Shown here: piece after piece, positions 36,080 through 47,574 of the stretch
Position numbering within the stretch: the first letter of the stretch is position 1
Layout of the letters: every line of letters starts with the position of its first letter
From: Octopus bimaculoides
Taxonomy: Eukaryota
Assembly (NCBI RefSeq): GCF_001194135.2
Contig: NC_068981.1
Coordinates: forward strand, 73,451,011-73,498,584
Direction: 5' to 3'
DNA: 47,574 nt
Made by a program: the position numbers and the translations under genes
Notes under the pieces: generated by a model
Told to the model about the DNA's origin: nothing
What the model saw: the letters and a program-made list of their open reading frames with translations, nothing else
Database searches by the model: none

Positions 36080-36485
36080 GAGAAGAGAACTAAAGTTATA
36101 AGGACAAGAGGCTGACTGAGAGAGGAGAGAGTAACAGAAGAAAGGAGTGAGAGGGAGTCACATGTTAGCTGATGTTAAAGGAATTGTATAGACCATAAGT
36201 GTTGTGATGGCAAAAGAGATAAGAAAGTAGAAGGAATGATCGAAGAGGAAGTTGAGTGAGAGAGAAAGAGAGAGAGAGAGCCGGGTGGAGAGTGATTAGT
36301 GACTTTGACCATAGGCGATAAATCGTGATGGGAAAGAGTCTGATAGGAGAGAGAGAGAGTAATGGGTGAGAGAAAATGATGAGTAGACAGAGTTACATGT
36401 AAAATGAGTGATAGAAGTGGAAATAGTGTGTGTGTCTGTGTGTGTCAGAGGAAGAGAGTGATGGCTAGTAATTCAGATGAATATC

Positions 36486-36528
<43 letters not shown>

Positions 36529-36610
36529 GGGAGAGAGAGAGAGAGAGAGTGAGAGAGAGAGAGAGAGAAANNNNNNNNNNNNNNNNNNNNNNNNNNNNNN
36601 GATGAATATC

Positions 36611-36653
<43 letters not shown>

Positions 36654-36900
36654 GGGAGAGAGAGAGAGAGAGAGTGAGAGAGAGAGAGAGAGAAACTGGC
36701 AGAGATAGAGCAATAGAAGATTAGCAATAAGGATTTTAAGAGAAAGAGGGAACAGAGAGAGAGACGGATGTCTATAATGAGTATTTGTGAAGGAATGATG
36801 AGAAATAGATGAACTGATGGTGAGGAGGAAAAGTGAAAGAAGAGACGGAGAGTGGATGAGTATTTCATAAAAGCTTAACAAAGAAAAGAAGAACGTAGAA
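36080..36900 (+). repeat. GA-rich low-complexity region with (GA)n arrays
   Basis: Directly visible; includes a 30-N gap with duplicated flanks. Confidence 0.9.
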
Positions 36901-36924
36901 GATGTGGTGTTAATATGAACATAA

Positions 36925-37700
36925 TGGGCAAGTGTCAATTTAAGTTATTGAAAAGTAAGTTAACAGTTGCGGATGGAGTCTTGTGTAATGGAGTATTAAT
37001 TGTTCTGCCAACCTATTTGAAGACATTAATGATAAATCCTATGTATGATTATATACATTTGTAGCTCAAAAGCAACAAGTAATCGGTCGAATTTAGAAGC
37101 ATGGTGACCAAGTTACCGTGGAAATATGGAATGACATGTAAGTATAAGTCTGACAGGTGTTAGAATAAAACTGTATTACATGACACAGTGCACGTTGGCT
37201 TAAAGAAATTAGAGAATAGATACTTGTGCTTATGACTCATGCCTATGACTAGAATTAAGGACTGTTTGTTCTTAATAAATGCGTGCCTTGGGTGGCCAAA
37301 AATAATGAGTTAAAACTAAAGAGGAAGGTATAAGTAGGCATTAAGAACTATGCTTTTCAGAAATAGAGTTCCAGAAACATTAGTGTCCGATAATACTTGC
37401 GAAAATTTCGTGAGAATGGCTTCTATAGAAGTTTTCATGAGATCGGATATAAAGATATGAAATAGTCCAAATAGATTCTGATTCTGAAAGATATTCTAAA
37501 AGAATACACGTGAGAGTTAAAATGTATTTAAAAGCTTATTGGCAATGAAAATGTCTTATTAGTGCAATTATTCTCAAGCAGACAAATACCGGTCCCACAG
37601 TAAAGTAAATATCAAAGAAATTTTTTGCACCCCTTCCTTTACTAACAAGAAGACAAAAAAGAGCCTGCCTCTATTTTCGTTGTGGCATTAGGCAAGTTTA
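36925..37700 (+). mobile_element. Ty3/Gypsy LTR-retrotransposon pol remnant (integrase region)
   Basis: KLTVADGVLCNGVLIVLP...IHL, LEAW*P, FLINACLGWP (LVDAFSGWP-like), FRNRVPETLVSDNT (FGVPETLVSDNG motif); heavily decayed. Confidence 0.75.
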
Positions 37701-38356
37701 TAAAGTTAAAAACTATCTTAATTTTATTAATTATGGAAAGTTGACTCTCCTGTTTTTAATCTTTACAGGCCCCCAATAAGAAACATATTAATGCATATTT
37801 GAGTCACATAGTTTTGAGATACTGATCAACCCCTCACTAAGAAAGACGTCTTAGTTCACCAGCTGAGAAGGGCAGACAAATACGGTCGCCAGTAACAATG
37901 TCCTGTCAAACTGCAGCTCCAGTTTGGTTTCGATGCATAAGAAATGAATCACAAGTTAGATTTATATCTCCAGCAAGAATAAATACAACTGTGATTTTTT
38001 TAAGGGGCGAACGGGATACATTATATCATGTATTGTAGATAAATGACACAAATATAGACGGAGAAAAAATGTAGAATCAATCCCTCATGCTTCGAATGCC
38101 ATTCCAGGCTAAAATAATGATGAAATAAAAGATTGTAATTTGACAGCTGATACAGAAATAAACATAACAAATAGTTTTGAGCTCTGCTTTTGGTCAACGA
38201 AAAGAAATAAACCAATTCACATCCGGGAAATTATTATTTTAATACAACTGCGTGTTATTTTTTGCATGCTTGTACTGATAAGCTCTTGTCTACAACCAAA
38301 ACCTAAGCAGAGGTGGTATTGAAACGGAAATATTACGGTACTACATATAATTCTGT

Positions 38357-38358
<2 letters not shown>

Positions 38359-38422
<64 letters not shown>

Positions 38423-38536
38423 NNNNNNNNNNNNNNNNNNNNNNNNNNNNNNNNNNNNNNNNNNNNNNNNNNNNNNNNNNNNNNNNNNNNNNNNNNNNNN
38501 NNNNNNNNNNNNNNNNNNNAGAGAGAGAGAGAGAGG

Positions 38537-38588
<52 letters not shown>
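38359..38588. repeat. (GA)n microsatellite spanning a gap
   Basis: Directly visible. Confidence 0.98.
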
Positions 38589-38591
<3 letters not shown>

Positions 38592-39423
38592 GCATGAAGC
38601 ACAAAAACAAAATTAGTGTCAGAAGCATCATGTAGTACAATCCATCATTCGTCTTAATTGTAGTGATTTCATCAATGCTCTCTCTTTATGGGACTGTAGA
38701 TCAAAGGGGCTGCTGGTACATCAATGTTTGTGGAAGCAGCAGAATACTTTTGGTAGAGCTAGTACAATGACTCTTCCCATCTTGATGTTTTGTACGTTTT
38801 AATTCTCCAACTTCTAACTTTTCTTATAGCTCTTTGCTGTCGCTCGTTGTCAGTCGCCGTCGTCTCTGCAGTGACAATAAGTCTATTCGACCCATTGAAT
38901 TGTCGCTTTTAAAATCTTTAAATCAGAGATTCGAGCGCCCTCCTTGCCAGCTTCCACACTTGAGCTTGAAGAAATGTTTTACAGGATCTATACCATCTTA
39001 AGATTCACACGTCCCACTGAGTAATGTAACTGTAAGTCTTGTAGGATATCTACTCAGCACAAGGTATATTTGCGTATCCTGAGAGATGTGGTCTTGCCAT
39101 GAATTAATCATTTTGTGAGATCAGTTTTATTTTATTTTTGGTGTGACGACGATGAAGTGTGTAGGCCTTGGCAAAGTGCTGCCGGAGGGTCTTTCACAAT
39201 CACGATAATTAGTATTTCATGTTCAAGTAATCCAGGTTCACTTTCCTCACCCAACCAATCAATAGGCCGAAGGATGTCGCCGTAGATTGAAAGTAATACG
39301 TATATTTTCAAAGAAATGAGTCGCTAGAACTGCCTCACACGCTGATATGTCTGATGGCATATATTTGTGTGTGAGTGTGTGTACGTGTGCATGCGTGCAT
39401 GTGTGCGTGCGTGCGTGCGTGCA

Positions 39424-39477
<54 letters not shown>

Positions 39478-39923
39478 TCATTAGGAAAACCGACGGTCTA
39501 CGATTTATTTGACAGTGAAATGGGGACTGCTTATGATTATGAGTAAACTTAGGAATGAATTCTGTTCGTTACTAATCCCCTTATTCAATTTTTACGTCTT
39601 ACTATCGTATATCAAATTTAATGTAAGAAATCTGACTGACGAAGCTAATAAGTAGATGTTATAGCATTTGTTAGGAGCAGTTGCTTACAACCTCCATACG
39701 GAATAATTGCGCATATTGGAGTTATTTTGAAACTTCTGCTTATTTATGCTCTTTTGTGAAGAGTATTATGCGGTCTACTTTAGCTGATCTTAGCTATGTT
39801 GCAGTAATTTTTTCTTGCTTAGCTTCGATCCAGCTACCTATGATAAACTGAATTCAAATTTCTTTTGTTTTGGAAGAATGCATTCCAGATTATATCTGCC
39901 AATGTATTCTCTTTTCTCGACAG

Positions 39924-40020
39924 AAGAGTGTGGTATGAAAGAGATTTTAGCTGCTTATCTAGCAGGCTCCATTGCGGGCAACGTTGTAATAGACTCATCA
40001 TTATTTATAGACTGCATAGA
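39924..40020 (+). CDS. Candidate 97-nt exon of unknown gene
   Basis: Acceptor ATTCTCTTTTCTCGACAG|, donor AGA|GTAAGA; two open frames (ECGMKEILAAYLAGSIAGNVVIDSSLFIDCI or RVWYERDFSCLSSRLHCGQRCNRLIIIYRLHR). Confidence 0.25.
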
Positions 40021-40173
40021 GTAAGAAATCTGGTTGAGTCCAACTGCAAACATATAAATTTGCTGTTTACTCTGAAGCCAATTCTTATCTAAAAATCTAG
40101 GAGTTAAAATAATTTCAACATTGACTATCACGTTTTCCTTGTGATATATATGGCTATAATTATCTATCCTTTC

Positions 40174-40365
40174 AGGGTGGTGAGCTGGCAGAATCGTTAG
40201 AGCCGTGGAAAAATGCTTTACGGTATTTGTTCCAGCTCTGGACGTTTTGAGTTCAAATGCATCGTTTTAAGCGGTCGATAAAATAAAGTACCGGCCACGT
40301 ACTCGAATCAACTACCCACTTCCTCTCAAAGTTGCTGGCATTGTACCTAAATTAGAAACAATTTA
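40174..40365 (+). mobile_element. Diverged SINE A copy with internal deletion
   Basis: GGTGGTGAGCTGGCAGAATCGTTAG head, GAGTTCAAAT, GGTCGATAAAATAAAGTACC. Confidence 0.85.
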
Positions 40366-40719
40366 ATTAGTTCTTAATTTCAAATATAGAAGGTATGATT
40401 TAAGGAAGGTTCTTCTGCTCCACTTAACAGACTGGATAATTTTCAAATGCATGAATGATCATGAGATTTGAAAAAATATCGATCATTCTGTAAACATTTC
40501 TCAACGTATCATAATCATTCCGTGTGTTGTAGTTATATTTACATTTTACAATATTATCGTTATAGAGGAACTCAGTTGCTTATTAAATAGTAATTTTCCA
40601 ATAACTGTTATTAAGAATATTAATAAATTACTTTCATTATTGTTATTAATATCAGTGCTATGGCTGGAATTATTGACTTGAATTTTTAAAGTTTCATATC
40701 AATATCTTGCACAATGAGA

Positions 40720-41520
40720 GTTTTAAGCAAATTTTGCTGGAGTATATTTTTCAGTTGTAGAAATTTAGACTGGATAGGGTTTAGGTGCCATGTGTATGGA
40801 ACATATCTTTAATTTGTTTTGGACTGTACATCGTCAGTTCTATTTTTGTTGTAGTTTCAGAAAATTGTCGGTGATACCTTCACATTGTGGACAAGTTCCA
40901 TTTTGTTGATGAAGCAAAGGTTTAAGATGCTATTGTTTTTGGCTGGGGACTGTATATATGGTCTGTTCCATGAACACTGTTTTCGTGAAATCAAATAGAA
41001 ATTCTGCTTGCTTGCGCCCCTTTGCTTTCTGGCGATCTGATGTTGGGGGAGTTGAAGTCACCCATCAGAGGCACATTAATGCATTGATCTAGCTTTCTTA
41101 GTAATTTTATTATTGCAAGACCTTTCTCAAATTGATCTTCATGGTTTGAGGCATTGGGTAGGCGATATAACGTGCATATTCCCACATTAAGTTGCTTTAA
41201 ATGCACTTTCAGTGCGTAACAGATTGAGTTTGAGTGTGACAACAGGGTTAGTGACGTTACATCTTCACAATTGTACAGCGTAATTCCACCGTGAATTTTC
41301 CTCTTCTGTCTGAAAGGAATACAACTTATATTGGTATGTGTATCTCTGCATCATTAAAACTTGCAGACAGATGTACCTCCGTAAGTGAAATGCATGTTGC
41401 TTGATTGCATGAAGAACAATCCTTCAGGTACGCAATTTTGCATTTGTTGTTGTTTTGTACGAGGCCTCTAATATCTGTCAGTAGAACTGGTGTGATGGTG
41501 GACTTGGTGGTAATGGTGGC
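40720..41520 (-). mobile_element. CR1-like LINE APE endonuclease remnant
   Basis: LLTDIRGL, ISLTEVHL...DAEIHIP, SHSNSIC, ICTLYRLP, LMGDFNSPNIR; stops and frameshifts. Confidence 0.85.
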
Positions 41521-41619
41521 CATCACGAGTGTATTATTTGCTGCAATGTTATTATGCCACACTTGAAAAATGCTGGTGGTCTACGGTTACAACTCACACT
41601 GCATCTGCATACAGGTTTT

Positions 41620-42010
41620 TTGTCTGTCTGTTTGTCTGTTTGTCTGTTTGTCTGTCAGTATGTCTGTATGTATGTATGTATGTATGTATGTAGGTACGTA
41701 TGTATGCATGGATGGATGGATGGATGTTTGTGTACGTGAGCGTATGTTTATGCGTAAATGTGTAAGTATGTATATTTGCATGTATATATTTATAGTCTCT
41801 CTGTATATATATATATATATACGATGTATAATATACACACATTCACATATATGTATATATATCTGTATATACAAAATCTATTGACATGCATTCATATATA
41901 TGCATACACACACATGTCTATATACAAATATGTATGTATTTTTGTATGTATTTATGTATGTATATTATGTATATGTATTATGTATATATATATATATATA
42001 TGTATCTGTA
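41620..42010. repeat. Compound (TCTG)/(TATG)/(TGGA)/(TA) microsatellite
   Basis: Directly visible. Confidence 0.95.
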
Positions 42011-42254
42011 TATTCATTATGCGCAACCGTTAACCAGACACGTTTTTTCTCTTTCCGCGTATCGCAGCGAGTTGAATTTACCATGCCTCCAGAACGAAAG
42101 GACCACGTGCGCATGCAAGAAATAACAGGAAACTATGAATGTTATTCTTAATTTTAATTTCAATTTTATTTTATTAATAGCCATCTTCTCTTCTCACATA
42201 TTTTATACTCATTTTTGATACGGTGTTTTTTCAAAAAAAAAAACGAAACATGTA

Positions 42255-42918
42255 CAGACTGTTCTCATTTAACGACCACTCGGAGTTACGACGAACTTTA
42301 CGAGCTGTCATTACATATTTTTAAAAAAATAGAACTTGAGGCGATGGATACAAATTTTGAGCGATTTTCCAAGGTGGAAAGACAGACAACTGAACATTTC
42401 CGATGTTATCGAGAAATTTATGACAAAAAAAAAAGAAGATAACAAAGCAAACAACACTGACGGGATTTTTCATGCATTTTGATGTCTAGAATGAGTTTGC
42501 TTTTGTAATCTTTATCGAAAGTAAAACAAAGTTATTATGTTTGAGTTTCCTTTAACCCTTTTCACCTTTTCTATATAATCCTGAGAAAAGATTATTAGGC
42601 ATCTTATGTACTGGGCCTGGAATCACAAACATACTTACGATGTCTGAGCTACAATAATACAGTATCCCTATCCTAACTTTTAAGGTTTTCCTTGTGATAA
42701 TCGTATTGCTACTTATTCATTTTTCAACAATTTATGTTAGCGATTCTTGGCTCTGTACTGCATATACTTTATACAGTACGGTATTCTGTTTTTATATGTA
42801 CGTACAGCACACTATACCTATAAAAAAATACGTACCCTATGAATATTCGTTTAATGACGAATTTGCTTAACGACGGGGCTGTTGGAACGTAACTTGGTCG
42901 TTAAATGAGGACAGTCTG
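42255..42918 (+). mobile_element. Tigger/pogo-like non-autonomous DNA transposon
   Basis: 23-bp TIRs CAGACTGT(T/C)CTCATTTAACGACC with one mismatch, TA on both flanks; internal LEAMDTNFERFSKVERQTTEHFRCYREIYDKKK resembles the Tigger1 transposase C-terminus. Confidence 0.92.
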
Positions 42919-43974
42919 TAATATAAATTAATTAAAACACCCAATTTTTTTAAAAGTGGCATTTTCCTTTTTGTTTATTTTTAATATCTACTTACTTGTG
43001 TGGTACATTTACAAATGTTTTCAAATATATATATATATATANNNNNNNNNNNNNNNNNNNNNNNNNNNNNNNNNNNNNNNNNNNNNNNNNNNNNNNNNNN
43101 NNNNNNNNATATATATAGAAAGAGAGAGAGAGAGAGAGAGAGAGAAAGCGTCATTTGGAAAGGGCTACTTAGGTCATCTACGTATAAAATATTCAAGGCA
43201 TTCTTCGACTTTATGTAATTTTATCTAAATGAGTGCTACGGTTTTGCAATTTCGTTTTTGTCTTCTCCGACGATTTCAAGCACCAAGGAATAACCTAGAC
43301 ATAATTATAAATAAATGCATAGAAACGAGGAAGAGCGGTAAGTGAAGCTAAGCTAAGTAGGGACAATATACACTGTACAAAGAAAAAAGAACAGTATGTG
43401 AAGAATAAGAAAACACTAGTGAGGTCAAATAAAATACTATAAATATGTATAAAGCAGTCCTCAGAAAGACAGTTGTTTTCTAATTTCAAATAATTAATTT
43501 GATACATTATGTGGAGTGGAATACGATAATTAGGTAGCGTTGTAGATTTTGTTAATATTGTAAAAAGATCAAGAATTTCAATAAAAATTTAAACAATTCA
43601 ATATATTGAGTTATAAAACATATCCGAAATGACTATCGAACGAAGAGTCGATGAGAAATTAATTAAATCAATTAAATAAATAATTGTCAATAATTATATA
43701 AGTCTAAATTAAATTACAGCAACATTTGGTGTATTTAGGATAGGAGAGATATAAAATGAAAATATAAAAATACTGAAATTTATTTTATTGACCCTGGAAA
43801 ACTGAAAGCATAAATGACTTGAATGGGATTAGAAACCAAAATATAACCAACCTTAACTAAACTATACAAGGAATTTTGACTGACGACCTAACAGTTCTGT
43901 CAATATACCACCCAGCTCTCTTCATGTATAAGCGATCATCCCACTTTTTTTCCAAGTATCTATACAGTTCATTG

Positions 43975-44385
43975 GCGAAATATCTGGGAATACTTGAGGC
44001 AGATGGAATCAAACGCAACGACATGAAGGAAAAGACAAAAAGACAGTATCTGCAGCGAGTAAGAAAAATATTGGTTTCAAAGCTGAATGCCAGAAATACA
44101 CTTTCGGCAATAAACCCGCGTGCAGTCGCAGTAGTTCGGTATGGCGCTGGAATCCTGAAATGGACAGAGGAGGAGCTAAAGAAGATGGACAAGAAGTTAA
44201 GAAAGCTCCTAACGATACATGGAACCCATGTGCACTGATCGTCTATACAGGAAAGGAATAACTGGAGGAAGAGGACTGATAAGTGTGGAAGACTCGAGAG
44301 CTTAATGAGATACCTAGCCCGAAGTAAGGAAACCTTGTTAGTGACAGTTAGGAACGAGAGAGTATTGGAAGCAGAAAAAACTTGA
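43975..44385 (+). mobile_element. R4/Dong-clade non-LTR retrotransposon fragment (post-RT region)
   Basis: KYLGILEAD, YLQRVRKILVSKLNARNTLSAIN..AV.VVRYGAGILKWTEEELKKMDKKLRKLLT, TDRLY, GGRGLISVED. Confidence 0.8.
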
Positions 44386-44399
44386 AATTCTAATTTGTC

Positions 44400-44915
44400 T
44401 CTTGTGGTCTCTGGATGAGACTTGAGGTCAACCAGCAATGCATGCCAACAAAGTGACACTGGGGCACAAATATACGAAGCCCAATATACCCATCATGACT
44501 ACTCGTCTGATAAGGGTACACCAGGTACATGCATTTCAACCATATGTGCGCGACATGGTAACCTTACATCAAGATAAACAACGCATGTCCTTACAGATGG
44601 GGCCCAGTTAGAATTTTCTTCAGGCTGAGTAGCCCACCCCGCTCAAAAGATCCCTGAATAAAGGTTGCTTAAAGATGATGAACAAAGCACCCATGCTTCC
44701 AGAGGTGATCTATTCAAACCCCAAAGAATTCCTCTCCACACATGGCTATGATGCTCCCCCACTATTTCTGCTCGTGATCAGAGATGCACATAATGTCAGC
44801 TAATAAGGGATATGCTCAACTGGTTAAGGCCAAGCAACTAACAAGCAAATTTGTTGTATTGGGCAGAATATTTGCTGTAGCCCATCTTTTTATACCAAGA
44901 CACAACATGTACGTT
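44400..44915. mobile_element. Probable interspersed repeat of unknown class
   Basis: Non-coding block between two retroelement fragments; single copy in this window, so the call rests only on my recollection of similar octopus repeats. Confidence 0.3.
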
Positions 44916-44919
44916 CGAA

Positions 44920-46195
44920 TCAGTTAAGATCAGAAGCCACGAGAGTCAGTGCATGATGCAACAACAACAACAACAGCAGCTCTAGCACCACCATCGCCAG
45001 TGAAAAGCCACAGAAAGAGAATAAGAGCGAGGAAGAGGAAAAGAGGAGGAAAAAAGCTTCCAACGAAACATTTGCCATTTCTACCGTCGTCGCCGCCACT
45101 AACAATGCTACCACAGCCAGTGGGAATAAAAATGAAAATGACAAGCCAAGCCTAAATAGGTTAACCACTGCAGTGCGACAAGCACACGTAAGTGTTTCAC
45201 TAACAGCAGGTGACTTGAAAAATGTAGGAAGTTATGTGAGCAGAAAGAATGGGAGAGAAGTAGTTTTGAATACTTCTCAAACTGTCGTATAAGACACAAT
45301 GAAAAAACAAAAAACAAAAAAACAACAACAATCATCTATAAATGTATTGGGGTGAAAAATCGGAAGTTGTAGCGAGCCACTCAGCAACTACTTGAGGTTT
45401 TTGCGTATAGTATGGAACGGAAAGGCATACGTTGCGAGAGCGAAGCGGTATGGAACGGTAGACGTAAGATTCGCTACAGAAGAAGAAGCCAGAAAAATCT
45501 CGACCACCAGACTGAGAAATGACAATCTCTTCCTAATACCCATATATCTGGGTCGTAGATTGGCAAAAATAAAAATCACTGAAATTCCATCAGAAATAAA
45601 TATTTGTTGGTAGGTGGCAGCTGTACTAGACATGGGGGACATGGCGAACATCTTAAAGGCAAGAAAAATGCAACAGTAAAACTGAATGGGGCAAACAATA
45701 GAATTATGGGTCCAGTTGGATTTCGAAAGTACGGAATCCATACCGGACCTCATAAATTTGCCAGATGGCACTAAACTCCACGTGGTATTTGAAAGAAGAA
45801 GGACGAAATGTCACATGTGTGGGGACACAAACCATCTGAAGGCCTTCTACCACAACAAAAGAAAGAAGGAAGACCCTCACTTCTGTCAATGGCCGCATCA
45901 CCACCACAACAGCAGTAACAGCAGTAGCACCAACAAAAGTAGGTGGACGCAACATCACCAACAACAGGACCAACACCGAGAACCGCAAAAACAACAGCAA
46001 CAACAGTAACTACAGCATTCACAGCAGCAGAAGCAGCATGAACATCACCGATAACAACAACAACAGCATCAGAAACCCCCAAAAGAACAACAACAGCCAC
46101 CTCAACAAAACAACGAGAACAATCCCAAGACGTGTCTTTCCTCTCTTCGAACCAATCATGTCCCGCAAAGAGGAGATTCCAACTAAATGAGACTT
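44920..46195 (+). mobile_element. L1/Tx1-clade ORF1 (near complete, degenerate); ORF2 not present
   Basis: FLRIVWNGKAYVARAKRYGTVDVRFATEEEARK...LIPIYLGRRLAKIKITEIPSEINICW*VAAVL...KCHMCGDTNHLKAFY aligns with ORF1 at 18296-18620; low-complexity N- and C-terminal parts. Confidence 0.75.
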
Positions 46196-46266
46196 GGTCC
46201 CTAATACGCAAACCTTCATAGTACATGCACAGACACACACACACAAACACACACACAAATGCGCGC

Positions 46267-46302
<36 letters not shown>

Positions 46303-46460
46303 ATGTATGTATAGTTTTTGTTTATTGCAAAACTAGGTTTTATAAAAGATCATATCCTTTACAACATGTATTGAGCACTCATTCGTCCATCAGAGAGTAA
46401 CGCACGCGCGCGCGCACACACACACTGTATATCTGGTGTGACTCTGAGGAAGATAACATT

Positions 46461-47090
46461 GATTAACTTCGGGAAATGTAATGGTAACGTTTAGCGTCGA
46501 GAAATGTAATGGTAACAATTTGCGCTAGGAAATGTAATGGGAACGATTAGCTTGGGGAAATGCAATGGTATCGATCAGCATTGAGAAATGTAATGGTAAC
46601 GATTAGCGTCGGGAAATATAGTTGTAACGGGTAGCGTCGAAAAGCGTAATGGTAACTGTTAGCGTCTGGAAGTGTAATGGTAACGATTAGCGTCGGGAAA
46701 CGTAATGCTAACGATTAGCGTCGGTAAACTGCAATGATACCGATAACTGTCGGCAAGGTAATGATAACGATTAGCACGATAAGTTTAATACTAATGATTG
46801 GCATCGTGAAAGACAATTATTACGATTAACACCCCGAAATGTAGTAGTTAGGATGAGAGCCAGGAAATCTATTGGCAATGATTAGCGAAGTATATATTAG
46901 TCAGGAAAACTAATGATTAGCGTCGGAAAAAGGTAATGGTAGAGAAAAGTATCAGTAACGTACTGATAATGACTAGTACGGAAAAGGTAACGTAAACGAT
47001 TAGCATTGCGAAACGTTAGGATCTGCGTCGCGAAAAGTATTAGTTAAGATAAGCATGGGAAACAGTTAATTATATTAAATAAGCGTCGGT
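46461..47090 (+). repeat. 28-bp minisatellite (consensus GAAATGTAATGGTAACGATTAGCGTCGG)
   Basis: Nine exact-length units at 46473-46724, then progressively degenerate units. Confidence 0.95.
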
Positions 47091-47175
47091 AAGGAAGAGA
47101 TGACGATTAAAAGGTTAAAGTTTAGCATCAAGTATGGCAATTGATAAGGTTAGTTAACGTTAATTCCATTTTCTC

Positions 47176-47177
47176 TA

Positions 47178-47233
<56 letters not shown>

Positions 47234-47250
47234 GTCTATCTGTCTATCTG

Positions 47251-47297
<47 letters not shown>

Positions 47298-47309
47298 GTC
47301 TGTCTGTGC

Positions 47310-47356
<47 letters not shown>
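47176..47356. repeat. (TATC)n / (TGTC)n microsatellite
   Basis: Directly visible. Confidence 0.98.
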
Positions 47357-47357
<1 letters not shown>

Positions 47358-47574
47358 ACTTGGAGGCTATCCTCATAGCGGCCAGCTTCGGTCCCATTTT
47401 CCGCGGCTGGATGGCTGCCCTGTACAGAGGCATCCGTTCGGTAGTTCGCGTCAATGGGCATCTATCAAGACCCTTCGACATTGCACGTTCGGTTCGTCAG
47501 GGATGCCCCCTCTCGTCGCTTCTGTACGTGTTGACTCTCGAGCCACTACTGCGGAAGCTGGCGACGCTGAGGGG
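47357..47574 (+). mobile_element. 5'-truncated L1/Tx1-clade LINE, RT domain, open frame running off the window
   Basis: [72 protein letters not shown] (RQGCPLS RT motif); homologous to ~11760-11950. Confidence 0.93.

Noticed and set aside
36476-36695. Direct duplication of ~95 bp around a 30-N gap
   Set aside because: Near-identical sequence on both sides of a small gap is most likely overlapping contig ends.
383-43228. Long ORFs rich in HT, YI, CV, SL, RE or X
   Set aside because: These are translations of microsatellites or N-gaps.
46473-47090. Regular short repeats as a CRISPR array
   Set aside because: Units are contiguous with no unique spacers, no cas genes are present, and the context is eukaryotic.

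Overview
Eukaryotic, AT-rich, repeat-dominated draft-assembly window with 11 N-gaps, mostly next to microsatellites. The SINE families and microsatellite density point to a coleoid cephalopod, probably Octopus (inference, not database-checked). No complete recognisable host gene, rRNA, bona fide tRNA or CRISPR array is visible, and most long ORFs in the supplied track are microsatellite or gap artefacts. Supported content: (i) several tRNA-derived SINE families (labelled here A, B, C/F, D) with shared or swapped modules; (ii) four pieces of L1/Tx1-clade LINEs (ORF1 with CCHC knuckle, APE endonuclease, RT); (iii) CR1-like, R4/Dong-like, Penelope (GIY-YIG) and Ty3/Gypsy integrase remnants; (iv) DNA transposons: hAT elements with 8-bp TSDs, mariner, Tc1 and a Tigger/pogo-like element; (v) a 28-bp minisatellite, a foldback-like inverted array and a 75-bp-arm near-perfect palindrome. 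The best candidate host-gene signal is a phase-compatible minus-strand exon pair (30212-30261 and 29694-29791) encoding a Cys-rich C-terminus. All alignments and translations were done by eye.
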